NCBI GenBank assembly: GCA_041484665.1
Contig: JBGPIA010000004.1
Location: 1 to 64,000, forward strand
Direction: 5' to 3'
Source of the DNA: Candidatus Krumholzibacteriia bacterium
GTDB taxonomy: Bacteria > Krumholzibacteriota > Krumholzibacteriia > JAJRXK01
Length of the DNA stretch: 64,000 nucleotides
The notes beneath the pieces are model-generated. The model was not told where the DNA came from. It saw nothing but the letters and a program-made list of their open reading frames with translations, and ran no database searches. The first letter of the stretch is position 1; the number at the start of each line of letters is the position of its first letter. Positions 50,357 through 59,820 of the stretch are shown piece after piece. The translations under genes and the position numbers were made by a program.

Positions 50357-53300
50357 TCAGTAGCCGAACACCTGGCCGTACCCTCCGCCGACTCCCTGGT
50401 GCCCGCGCGTGACCTTGAGGTCGGGGATCTGTTTGAGATAGAGGCGGAACCCGAACTCGCTGCCGCCGCCGTCGACGCTGCGATCGAACTCCAGCGCCCA
50501 GCAGTGGATGTCGCGGCGCAGGCTGTAGTACTGATTGGTGAACTGGCCGCGGCTCACGTCCAACTCGGTGCTGTAGTGCAACGACCACGCCCCCGGAAGG
50601 GCCACGTTGCCGTCGGCGTTGACGTGGGTCGGCGTGCTCGCGCCGGCCGAGCTCTGGAGATAGCTGTAGCGCAGGTCCACACTCCAGGGGAGCCGGTTGC
50701 GGTCGTGGGACCCGTGCACGCCAAAGCTGCCCGACTCCTCGTCCCCGCCCCACCCGGCGCCCTGCGGGTGCGAGCCTTCCCCCGCTGCCGCCTGCCCTTC
50801 GCGTGCGGAGTCGCCGCGGGCGGGGATGCGCTGCAGTACCGGGCTGAGGCGCTCTTTGCGCTGCAGCAGCGCGCCCCCCAGGTCCAGATCCCCGCCGAGG
50901 TGCAGGTTGCCCTGGATGGTGGACTGCGAGCTCAGCACGTGGAGGTCGTGGGGATCCAGCTGGTGGGAGACCACCAGGTTGACCAAGCGCCCGCCAATGG
51001 GCTGCACGGTGACGGTGCTGGTGATGGGGCTCCACTCGGCGCCCGCCGCAGCTTCCGGGTCGTAGCTCGCCGCCAGGCTCCACCGCACCAGCTGGTCCAG
51101 CTTGCGCGATGCCTCCTTGTCCGGCTGCGGGCCCGACCCTGAGGCGTCGGACGCGACACCTGCCGCCCCTGGGATGCGGGAGCTGCCGGTGGCGTCAGCG
51201 CGTTCGCTGGCGCCGGTACCCAGCGACGTGTCTGCACCGGCCCGCGCGCCGGCGCGGCCCGTGTCGGCCAAAGCGTGCGCCGCGCGCAGTTTGACGGACA
51301 GCTCGTTGTCCAAACCGAAGTTGAATCTCTGGCTGCGGCTCTGCTTGGCCCCCAGCTGGGGGCTGAAGCTGTGCCCCATGCTCCAGGTGACCTTGTGCTT
51401 GATCCCCGTGACCGGACCCAGGCGGGTGCGGAAGATCCCGTAGAGATCGGTGCGCAGCGAATTGGTGAAGGAGAGATTGGGGGTGACCTTGTCCCGCAGG
51501 TCATCGCGGTGCTCGCGCAGGCGCACGCTCTGGGTCACCACCAGGCTGTCGGGCAGCCCCGGACGCGGCACGAGCGTCGTATCGGAGAAGACCGCGTAGA
51601 GCGATTGATGCGTGCTGGTCCGGTTGTAGTCGAAGCCGAAGCCGGCGCTGCTGGTGAAGGCGAACAGCCACAACCGTCCCTTGGGCGCGTAGGCGAGGCG
51701 GTAGGCGCCTCCGGCGCCGATGGCGTCCTGCTGCGTGTTCTCGCTGCGAGTTTGGTCCAGTTGCCCGCGGTACGACTGGCTGAACTGGATGTCGCGCAGG
51801 ACGTTGGTGATGGGCGTACCGAGCTCGTCGCCGTGCAGCGGGGGCAGCAGCGGCCCAGTCTTGAACCCCAGCGTCGCCGCCGGGAGCGTCGTCCGCGAGA
51901 GCTGCTTGTCGGTCAGCGGATCGCCGTCGCCGGCGTTGACGAATTGATCGCGCGAGCCCGACAGGGACAGGTTTACCCCCGATCCGAACGTGCGCGAGAG
52001 CCGCCCCGTGCTGCGCAGCTGGGTGGGCAGCAGGTCGCGCCGGGCGTCGCTGTTCAAGTTGTTGCGCGTGAGGTTCTGGCTGCTGGCGGAGACGTCCGCC
52101 CCGGCGTTCCAGACCTCCCACAGATTCGGCTGGTTGTGGTGTGCGGTGAGGCGCCACTCGTCCCCGCGCGTCTCCCCCAGCTTGACGCCGAAGGCGCGCA
52201 GGTACGAGAAGCTCACCTGGCCGTCCATGCCGTAGCGCACGCGGTAACGGTTGCTCAGCGCGAGGGTGAAATCCTTGCGCTCGTTGTAGTCCAGCTGGAA
52301 GGTGAAGTCGGTGTAGTCGTTGGTGGCCCAGTAGTAGCCCAGGTCGCGGATGTAGCGCCCTTCGCGGCTGCTCACTCCGACGTCGACCCGCGGGAACAGG
52401 ATCCCCGAGTGCCTGCCCGAGTCGAGGCTCTTGAAATAGAACGGTAGCGGCAGCACCGGCAGGTCGCTCACGTAGAAGGTGACCTGGCGCGCCACCACCT
52501 GCTCGTTGAGCCGCAGTCTCATGCGCTTGGCGGTAAAGTGGTAGTGCGGCTCCGCCAGGTCGCAGCTGGTATAGGTTGCGTCGCGCACCAGCAGCGTCTT
52601 CTCATCCAGCCGGCGCACGTGCTTGCCGTAGTAGAAGCCGTCCTGGTAGCGCGTCCCCCCTTCGGCGACGGCACCGGTCTGGGGATCGAAGAGGTAACCC
52701 ATGCGGTCGCCCAGCAGCTCGCTCTCCTTGTCCTTGAGCAGGGGGTCCCCCTCCGCCAGCAGCTCCCGGGCGTTGGTGTCGAAGTGGATCTCCTGGCTGC
52801 CCAGGGTCAGAGTCCCGTGTTGCACCTCGGCGTCGCCGGAGATGAGGATCAGGCCGCGCGGAACGGCGAAGGACGCCCGCTTGCCCTTGTAGAGCACCTT
52901 CTCCGCGTGCGCGTCGAAGTCGATGCGCGCCGCCGTGGAGTCGCCGCCGGCGCCGCGAGTCCGGACTGCAGCCGTGTCCGCCACGGCGGTCGCCCGTGGG
53001 GCAGCCGGTGGTGCAGCCGAACTGCTGTCGGCGTGGGCAGCCGCATGGGGCTCGCCCCGGACAGCCGCGCTGCTGTCGGCGCTCGCGGCCGCCGCCATGC
53101 GCTTGCGCTCCAGGAAGCGGTAGGCCCCCTCGACCTGGCCGTGCACGTCGACACGATCGACGTGCCCGCTCAGGAAGCTGATGTCGATCGCCGAGCCGGA
53201 GACCTCGTTTACCGAGATGGTCGAGCTCTGGTCCTCCGGGAGGTAGGTGCTGCGGGCCGATCCGCGCACGCGGGTGTGGGTCACCTCGTCGTGCACGACG

Positions 53301-54415
53301 TCGATGCTCAGCGTGTCGCCGCGCAGCTGGTTGGCCAGCGGCACGGCGGTGAAGATGCGCCGCAGCGTGTCGGGGCTGCTATCCACCAGCTCGGTCTGCC
53401 CGAAGACGTCGATGCGCCGCAGTTCGCCGCCCTCGTAGAAGAAGCTGGCGCGTTCCCCCGTCAGCGCCTGGCGCCCCTGCTCTACGCGCGGCGTGCCGGT
53501 AAGCACGAGCAGGCTGTCGCCCTGGAAGTCCGCACTGTCGGCGGTGGCGCTCGTGGCACCCTGCCGGAAGCGCACCGCACCCACCGCCCGACGGCGCGAG
53601 CCGTCGCGTTGGAAGACCATGCGGCGGCTCTCCACTTCGGCCAGGCGCTGTCCCTGGCGGCGCGACGTGAGGTGCGGCAGCGAGTCGACCCAGGCCAGGC
53701 CGCTGCGCCGATCGAACCGCGCGCGCGCGCCGGTGATGAGAGTCTGATTGGCGCCATCGACGATGCGCACCGCTCCGAACGCCTGGAGCACTCCGGCGGC
53801 GCGGTCATAGGTCAGCGAGTCCGCATCCACGACGATCGCCCCGTCGATCATGCGGGCATCGCCGGCCAGCGCCAGCCACCGGTCGCTGCGCCGGAGGATG
53901 CCGCGCGCGCCCGTGCCCGTGGTGCCTTCCAGGGTCTGCAGCTTCACGCTGCCAAAGGCGCGGGCGAGGTCGGCGCGCTCGATCACCTCGACGCTGTCGG
54001 CCCAGACGGTGAGCGACTCGGAAACGGCGTGCACCGCGCCGACCAGAAAGGTCTCTTCGCGGTCCATGTCGCGGCGCGCGTGATCGGCAGTCAGCGTCAC
54101 GCCCGTACGGTGGGCGGAGACGTTGCCCGTCAAGACGAGGAAGCGGCGCTGCTCGACGGTAACGATGCGGCCATGGTCGCCATTGACGGTCCAGCGGCCG
54201 GCAACGACTGCGGGCGCCACCGCCGGAGCAGGCGCCGCGGCCGGGCCCGGCGGCGGGGCGGACGGAGCAGCCCCCGGAGCACGCGCGGCGGCGGGGCCGG
54301 GCGGCGGGGAGCCGCTCTGCGCCGCCGCGGCGCACGCCAGCGCAACCGAGACGAGCACCGCCAGCGGCCTGGCCGCCGTGGGCCCGCGCCGGGCGCGCGC
54401 TGCTCGCTCGTCCAT
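50357..54415 (-). CDS. lptD: LPS assembly protein LptD with extended LptA/OstA-like N-terminus
   Basis: YTSCDLAEPHY, LPVLPLPF, RHSGILFP, LGYYWA and RRDIHCW motifs; start approximate. Confidence 0.85.
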   Translation of the reverse strand: MDERAARARRGPTAARPLAVLVSVALACAAAAQSGSPPPGPAAARAPGAAPSAPPPGPAAAPAPAVAPAVVAGRWTVNGDHGRIVTVEQRRFLVLTGNVSAHRTGVTLTADHARRDMDREETFLVGAVHAVSESLTVWADSVEVIERADLARAFGSVKLQTLEGTTGTGARGILRRSDRWLALAGDARMIDGAIVVDADSLTYDRAAGVLQAFGAVRIVDGANQTLITGARARFDRRSGLAWVDSLPHLTSRRQGQRLAEVESRRMVFQRDGSRRRAVGAVRFRQGATSATADSADFQGDSLLVLTGTPRVEQGRQALTGERASFFYEGGELRRIDVFGQTELVDSSPDTLRRIFTAVPLANQLRGDTLSIDVVHDEVTHTRVRGSARSTYLPEDQSSTISVNEVSGSAIDISFLSGHVDRVDVHGQVEGAYRFLERKRMAAAASADSSAAVRGEPHAAAHADSSSAAPPAAPRATAVADTAAVRTRGAGGDSTAARIDFDAHAEKVLYKGKRASFAVPRGLILISGDAEVQHGTLTLGSQEIHFDTNARELLAEGDPLLKDKESELLGDRMGYLFDPQTGAVAEGGTRYQDGFYYGKHVRRLDEKTLLVRDATYTSCDLAEPHYHFTAKRMRLRLNEQVVARQVTFYVSDLPVLPLPFYFKSLDSGRHSGILFPRVDVGVSSREGRYIRDLGYYWATNDYTDFTFQLDYNERKDFTLALSNRYRVRYGMDGQVSFSYLRAFGVKLGETRGDEWRLTAHHNQPNLWEVWNAGADVSASSQNLTRNNLNSDARRDLLPTQLRSTGRLSRTFGSGVNLSLSGSRDQFVNAGDGDPLTDKQLSRTTLPAATLGFKTGPLLPPLHGDELGTPITNVLRDIQFSQSYRGQLDQTRSENTQQDAIGAGGAYRLAYAPKGRLWLFAFTSSAGFGFDYNRTSTHQSLYAVFSDTTLVPRPGLPDSLVVTQSVRLREHRDDLRDKVTPNLSFTNSLRTDLYGIFRTRLGPVTGIKHKVTWSMGHSFSPQLGAKQSRSQRFNFGLDNELSVKLRAAHALADTGRAGARAGADTSLGTGASERADATGSSRIPGAAGVASDASGSGPQPDKEASRKLDQLVRWSLAASYDPEAAAGAEWSPITSTVTVQPIGGRLVNLVVSHQLDPHDLHVLSSQSTIQGNLHLGGDLDLGGALLQRKERLSPVLQRIPARGDSAREGQAAAGEGSHPQGAGWGGDEESGSFGVHGSHDRNRLPWSVDLRYSYLQSSAGASTPTHVNADGNVALPGAWSLHYSTELDVSRGQFTNQYYSLRRDIHCWALEFDRSVDGGGSEFGFRLYLKQIPDLKVTRGHQGVGGGYGQVFGY

Positions 54416-54468
54416 GGGCGTCCTGCCGTTGGCGCCGACCGGGGGCGACGGTTGCGCGGACTCGCTAT

Positions 54469-55443
54469 TCAATGCGCGCGCGACCCGCCTCCGTCAAGGG
54501 GCGCGCGCGCCAGCAGCGCCGCACCGATCGCAGCCGCCTGGTTTCCCAGCTGTGCGGCCAACAGCTGCAGGTGCTCCGCCGTCGGCCGCATCGCCCAGGC
54601 CTTGAGCGCTTGGCCCGCCGGCTTCAGCAGGGGGTCCCCGGCCAAGGCGATTCCGCCGCCGATCACGATCGCTTCCGGATTGAGGGCGTTGGCCAGGTTG
54701 GCGCAAACCACGCCGAGCAGGCGGCCGACGTCGCCGAGGATGCCCACCGACAGCGGATCGCCGTCGGCGGCGGCCAACGCAAGCGCCCGCGGTGTCAGAC
54801 CGCCCTCCTCGCGGCAGCGGCGCAGCAGGGGCTGCTTCTGCTCGTCGCTCGCCGCATCGAAGCGCTGGCCCGCGTAGGTCACGATGCCCGTGGTCCCCAG
54901 ATAGGCCTCCACGTGCCCCTGGCGTCCGCAGCTGCAGTGCGGCCCGTCGATCTGCAGCGTCATGTGGCCGAACTCGCCGGCGACCCCGCGCGCCCCGCGA
55001 TAGAGCTCGCCATCGATCACCAGCCCCCCGCCAACCCCGGTGCCCAGCGCCAGCATCAGCACGTGGCGCAGTCCGCGCGCCGCGCCTACGCGGGTCTCGG
55101 CGTAGACCGCGGCGTTCACGTCGTTCTCCATGGCGACCGCCGCGCCCCCCAGCCGCGCCGAGAGCTCCGCCGCCAGCGGGAAGCCCTCGAACGCCTGGAG
55201 GTTGGGCGCCTCCTGCAGGCTGCCCTCCCCGGACACCAGTCCGGCCACCGCCAGCCCCACGGCAGCCTGGTCGCCGCGCGCCCCGATCCAGGGCGTAAGC
55301 GCCTGCGCCAAGCGCTCTACGAACCGCGCCGGTCCCAGCTCCCCCTCCGTCTTGAACTCCGCGTGCTCGGCCACGGCCAAGTCGTCGCCCAGCCGCACCA
55401 GCTTGGTGTTCGTCGCGCCCACATCGACGCCGATCCATCTCAT
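54469..55443 (-). CDS. ROK-family sugar kinase (glucokinase-like)
   Basis: GVDVGAT, ENDVNAA, LGTGVGGG and GEFGH...CSCGRQGHVE motifs. Confidence 0.9.
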   Translation of the reverse strand: MRWIGVDVGATNTKLVRLGDDLAVAEHAEFKTEGELGPARFVERLAQALTPWIGARGDQAAVGLAVAGLVSGEGSLQEAPNLQAFEGFPLAAELSARLGGAAVAMENDVNAAVYAETRVGAARGLRHVLMLALGTGVGGGLVIDGELYRGARGVAGEFGHMTLQIDGPHCSCGRQGHVEAYLGTTGIVTYAGQRFDAASDEQKQPLLRRCREEGGLTPRALALAAADGDPLSVGILGDVGRLLGVVCANLANALNPEAIVIGGGIALAGDPLLKPAGQALKAWAMRPTAEHLQLLAAQLGNQAAAIGAALLARAPLDGGGSRAH

Positions 55444-56903
55444 GGAGTGGCCACCTCCTGCTCCCGCTGCGGGCGCTCGCGCAGCGGGCTGCCGGCGTCC
55501 CACAGCGGAGCGTGCGGCGGCCCGACGAGATCGTCCACCCCGATGCGGTCCAGCACCTCGGCGACCAGGAAGTTCGATCCAGTCACGAGCACGCTTTGGC
55601 CCCGGCCGCCGGCGGTCGGCGCCATGGCCCGCCGCCGCGCCTCCTCCATCGCCGCCGTCACGGACTCGACCACCAACACCAAGGGCGGTGTCCCGCTCGC
55701 CGGCGTGGCAGCGCGCAGGCGCGCGGCCAGATCGCGCGGAGGCAGCGACCTCTCCCAGCACGGCGCGGTCAGCACCACACAGGCGGCGCACGCGGCGATC
55801 TCGCCGAGCACCGCATCGATCCGCTTGTCGCGCATGACGCCGAAGACGAGGACGCGCTCCGCGCGCGGCCGCTCCGCCGACCACTGTGCCAGCACCTGCT
55901 GCAGCGCCGGCGTGTTGTGCGCCGTGTCCAGCAGCAGCTCGGGAGCCGCACCGAAGCCCTCGTAGCGGCACGGCGCGCGCACCCCGCGCAACGCGCGTCC
56001 CGCGTCCCCGAGCGGCCACCCCTCGCGACGCGCCAGGTCCTCCCAGCACGCCCACGCCAGCGCCGCCATCTGGGCCTGCATCGCGCCGCGCTGGGGCAAG
56101 GTCACCACGGCCTCGCCGGCGGGCAGCCACAGCCGAACCCGTGCAGAGCGCCCGTCCCACGCCTCGACGGTGCCGCGCCCCAGGGAGAGATCCACGGCCT
56201 GGGCGCCGGCGGCCGCGAGCACCTCGGCCGCCAGGGCGTCGATGCCGGCCGGCAGCAGCCCCAGGTAGAAGGGGCGGCCGCGGCGGGCCAACCCCAGCTT
56301 CTCCCGGGCGATCTGCGCAAGGGAGTCACCGAGGATCTGGTGATGGTCATCCCCGACGGACGTGAGCAGCACGCCGCGCGCATCGACCGCGTTGGTCGCG
56401 TCCAACCGGCCGCCCAGCCCGGTCTCGAGCACCGCCAGCTGCACGTCCTGCTCGCGGAAGTGCAGCAACGCCATGGCGGTCATCGCCTCGAAAAAGGTGG
56501 CCTGCGCGGCCTCGATGTGCGGGCGGCAACGCTCGATGAGCGCTACCAGCGCGGACTCGGCCAGGGGGCGTCCATCCACGACGATGCGCTCGCCGGGGTG
56601 CAGCAGGTGGGGACTGGTGTACAGCGCCGTGCGCAGTCCGGCGGCGCTGCCCAGCGCGGCGAGGTAGGTGGCCGCGGAGCCCTTACCGTTGGTGCCGGCC
56701 ACCACGACGCAGGCCATGTTCCGTTGCGGATCGCCGAGCCTGCGCAGCAGCGCCTTGACGCGCACGAGACCCGGCCGCATGCCGCCGCGCGCCAGTCCGA
56801 ACAGCCAGCGTGCCGCGGGATGGGTTGGCGCGAAGGGCGGGAGGAGCTGGAGGAGTTCGAAGCCGCGGCTAGAGTCGCCGGTGCGACGTGGCCGCGAGCT
56901 CAT
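55440..56903 (-). CDS. folC: Folylpolyglutamate synthase/dihydrofolate synthase
   Basis: AGTNGKGS, YTSPHL, ETGLGGRLDATN and LDTAHN motifs. Confidence 0.92.
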   Translation of the reverse strand: MSSRPRRTGDSSRGFELLQLLPPFAPTHPAARWLFGLARGGMRPGLVRVKALLRRLGDPQRNMACVVVAGTNGKGSAATYLAALGSAAGLRTALYTSPHLLHPGERIVVDGRPLAESALVALIERCRPHIEAAQATFFEAMTAMALLHFREQDVQLAVLETGLGGRLDATNAVDARGVLLTSVGDDHHQILGDSLAQIAREKLGLARRGRPFYLGLLPAGIDALAAEVLAAAGAQAVDLSLGRGTVEAWDGRSARVRLWLPAGEAVVTLPQRGAMQAQMAALAWACWEDLARREGWPLGDAGRALRGVRAPCRYEGFGAAPELLLDTAHNTPALQQVLAQWSAERPRAERVLVFGVMRDKRIDAVLGEIAACAACVVLTAPCWERSLPPRDLAARLRAATPASGTPPLVLVVESVTAAMEEARRRAMAPTAGGRGQSVLVTGSNFLVAEVLDRIGVDDLVGPPHAPLWDAGSPLRERPQREQEVATP

Positions 56904-57792
56904 CGCTCTCCTCCTCCTCGAGTGGATGGACGCCGTCCACCAGGAAGCCCAGCAGCCCGTGGAGCTCGCGCCGGAGGTTCTTGCGCTCCACGATGCGATC
57001 GATCATGCCGTGCTCCAGCAGGAACTCGCTCTGCTGGAAGCCCTCGGGCAGCTCGGTGTTGATGGTCTGCTGGATCACCCGCGGGCCGGCAAAGCCGATC
57101 AGCGCCCGCGGCTCCGCGACGATGACGTCCCCCAGCATGGCGAAGCTCGCCGTCACGCCGCCAGTCGTGGGATGGGTGAGCACCGAGATGAACGGCAGCC
57201 GCTCCTCGCCCAAGCGCGCGAGCATGGCGCTGGTCTTGGCCATCTGCATCAGCGAGAGGATCGACTCCTGCATGCGTGCGCCGCCCGACTTGGAGATGAT
57301 GACCGTGGACAGCCGCTGCGCGATGGCGTCCTGGATGCAGCGCGTGATCTTCTCGCCGACCACCGATCCCATGCTGCCGCCCAAGAACGAGAAATCCATG
57401 ACCGCGATCGAGATGGGTACGCCGCCGATGCGCCCGAATCCGGTGATCACGGCTTCTTCGCGTCCGGTCTTGGCGCGGTTCTCCCGCAGCCGGTCGCGGT
57501 AGCGCTTGGTGTCGCGGAAGTTCAGGGGGTCGGAGCTGACCAGCCCCTTGTGCGTCTCCTGGAAGCTCTGCGGGTCCAGCAGCAGATCGAGGTACTGCTC
57601 GGCGGAGATCGGGAAGTGGTAGCCGCACTGGTAGCAGACCCAGAGGTTGCCGGCGAGCTCCTTGTTGTAGATGAGGTCGCCGCACGAGGTGCACTTGGTC
57701 CAGAGATTGTCCGGGACTTCCCGGCGTGGGCGCACCGCGCCGCTGGTGGCGAGCTGGTTGATCCCCTTGCGCGTGCGCTTGAGCCAGGACAT
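56869..57792 (-). CDS. accD: Acetyl-CoA carboxylase carboxyltransferase beta subunit
   Basis: LWTKCTSC, GGSMGSVVGEK, SGGARMQE, PTTGGVTASFA and GFAGPRVI motifs. Confidence 0.96.
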   Translation of the reverse strand: MSWLKRTRKGINQLATSGAVRPRREVPDNLWTKCTSCGDLIYNKELAGNLWVCYQCGYHFPISAEQYLDLLLDPQSFQETHKGLVSSDPLNFRDTKRYRDRLRENRAKTGREEAVITGFGRIGGVPISIAVMDFSFLGGSMGSVVGEKITRCIQDAIAQRLSTVIISKSGGARMQESILSLMQMAKTSAMLARLGEERLPFISVLTHPTTGGVTASFAMLGDVIVAEPRALIGFAGPRVIQQTINTELPEGFQQSEFLLEHGMIDRIVERKNLRRELHGLLGFLVDGVHPLEEEESDELAATSHRRL

Positions 57793-57993
57793 GGTTCTCC
57801 CGCGGCGCCGCTGGCGCCACCCCCACAATCTAGGGGGGGAGGGCGGGCGCCGACAATCCAATTCCCCGCGGGCCCTGTCCCGGGGGCGCAGCATCGCCGC
57901 GCGCAGGGACGCCCTGCGCAGCCGCGGCGCGCGTGCCGGCAGCGGGCCTTGGCCGCCGGTCAAAGACGCGTGCGGCAGCGGCTGGGCGGACGC

Positions 57994-58503
57994 TCAGGAC
58001 TCCTTGCGTTGGTCGTGCGACCGCGGTGGCTGCGGTGCCTGCGGCGCAGATCCCTTCAGCAACTTCACCATGACCACCGCGTCCTCGCGATTGTCTGGAT
58101 AGTAGCCACGGCGGATCGCCACCTCGGCGAATCCGTGCCGCCGGTACAGGCTAAGCGCCGCCTCGTTGCTCGCGCGCACCTCGAGGGTCATCGCGCGCGT
58201 GTGTCGCGCGAACTCATGGCGCAACAGCGTGCGCAGCAAGCGGTCGGCGATCCCCTGGCGACGGTGACGATCGTCCACGGCCAGGCTGACCAGATGGATC
58301 TCATCGACGACGCGCCAGACGAAGGCGTACGCCACCACCTCATCGCCGATCTCGGCCACCAGCGCGAGCCGGCCGGGATCCACGATCAGCTCGGCGGCGA
58401 TGGCGGTGGGGCTCCAGGGCGCCGTGAAGATCGCGTTCTCCATCTCCACCAGCCGCGGCAGATCCGCGGGGCACGCGAAGCGGATGTGGCAGGCGGGCTT
58501 CAC
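57994..58503 (-). CDS. rimI: Ribosomal protein S18-alanine N-acetyltransferase
   Basis: F..PW, RRQGIA, LEVRASN and RRGYY..EDAVVM motifs. Confidence 0.9.
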   Translation of the reverse strand: MKPACHIRFACPADLPRLVEMENAIFTAPWSPTAIAAELIVDPGRLALVAEIGDEVVAYAFVWRVVDEIHLVSLAVDDRHRRQGIADRLLRTLLRHEFARHTRAMTLEVRASNEAALSLYRRHGFAEVAIRRGYYPDNREDAVVMVKLLKGSAPQAPQPPRSHDQRKES

Positions 58504-59279
58504 GGCCGTTCGCGGCGCGGCGAGACCGGGCGGTGCACCTGTGCCTCCAGGTCCACGCCGAGTTTGCGCTCGGCCTGGCTGGGGCTGATGTAGATGGGAA
58601 CGAGCGTGACCGGGTCGGCCGCGCGCGCCGGCGGTGCCCCGGCCGAAGCGCCGGCCGCCAGGCGGCGCGCGAGCCCGTCGGCGGCTACGGTCTGCGCACA
58701 GGCGCCGGCGGCCAACAGCTCCCCGCTGCGCCGCAGGCTCTCCTCGCCGCGCGCGGCCAGCACGACGGGCGGCGGCAGCCCGGCGAGCCACTCCGGCAGC
58801 CCCGCCAGCGCCACGCGCGCGGGCATGCGCAATGGCGACGACAGGAGCAGCGCGCGCCCGCGGTCGGCGCGTGCGTAGGCTGCGGCGAAGGCGTGGCCGG
58901 CGCCCGCGTCCAGCGCCGCCGCCACGCAGCCCGCCAACGACGTTGGCGCTGCGGCGGGCGCGTCACTCGCGGCCGCCGCCACCAGCTCCAGCGTGCCCGC
59001 GGCGAGCAAGGGGATCCCGCGCGCGAAGCTGAGCGTCTTGGCCGTCATGATGCCGATGCGCAACCCGGTGAAGCTGCCCGGGCCCACCACCACTGCCACC
59101 GCCTCCACCGCCTGCAGCGTCACAGCGGCTTGGCACAGCGCATCGTCCAGGAGCCCCGGCAGCGACTCGGCGAAGCTGCCGCGGCCGGCCAGCGCGACGG
59201 CGGCCAGCAGCTTTCCGTCGCACCCGACGGCGACCTCCGCCCCGTGGCCGGAGGTGTCCAGCGCGAGCACGACGCTCAC
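58500..59279 (-). CDS. tsaB: t6A biosynthesis protein TsaB
   Basis: LALDTS, GPGSFTGLRIG and LVPIY motifs. Confidence 0.9.
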   Translation of the reverse strand: MSVVLALDTSGHGAEVAVGCDGKLLAAVALAGRGSFAESLPGLLDDALCQAAVTLQAVEAVAVVVGPGSFTGLRIGIMTAKTLSFARGIPLLAAGTLELVAAAASDAPAAAPTSLAGCVAAALDAGAGHAFAAAYARADRGRALLLSSPLRMPARVALAGLPEWLAGLPPPVVLAARGEESLRRSGELLAAGACAQTVAADGLARRLAAGASAGAPPARAADPVTLVPIYISPSQAERKLGVDLEAQVHRPVSPRRERP

Positions 59280-59815
59280 GGCCGCTCGCCGCCGGCACGC
59301 CCCCAGGCGGCGGCCAGCTCGTCCTGACGCGGCCAGGGTCTGCCGACGGCGCGCAGCGTCAGGTGGCGCGGCGCATCGCGGCCCGGCTGCGCGGTGAGCA
59401 GCTTGATGGACAGGCGCAGGCAGGGCGAGAGCCAGGGCAGCACCGCCTGCCCCCACTCCACGCACAGCAGCGCCCCTTCCTCACGCGCCTCGAGCATCAT
59501 CGCCAGCAGCTCCGGGTCGGCACGGTCGCCGAAGCGGTAGAGGTCGACGTGGACAACTTGCGGCGCGCAGCCCGGCGCCGGGGCCTCCACCGGATAGCGG
59601 TTCTCCAGCGTGAAGGTCGGGCTGACCACCGAGCTGCCGCCGCCCAAAGCCGCCACCAGCGCGGCCACGAAGGTCGTCTTGCCCGCGCCCAGGTCGCCCT
59701 CCAGGCAGAGCGCGCTGCCCGCGGGCAAGAACGGCGCGAGCGCCCGTGCGAGGGCGGCCGTCTGCGCCGGCGCGCCGGTTTCAGCCTGCAGTTCGAGGAT
59801 CTCCGGCGTTGCCAT
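59276..59815 (-). CDS. tsaE: t6A biosynthesis ATPase TsaE
   Basis: GDLGAGKTTF, SPTF, HVDLYR and VEW motifs. Confidence 0.92.
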   Translation of the reverse strand: MATPEILELQAETGAPAQTAALARALAPFLPAGSALCLEGDLGAGKTTFVAALVAALGGGSSVVSPTFTLENRYPVEAPAPGCAPQVVHVDLYRFGDRADPELLAMMLEAREEGALLCVEWGQAVLPWLSPCLRLSIKLLTAQPGRDAPRHLTLRAVGRPWPRQDELAAAWGRAGGERP

Positions 59816-59820
59816 CGCCC

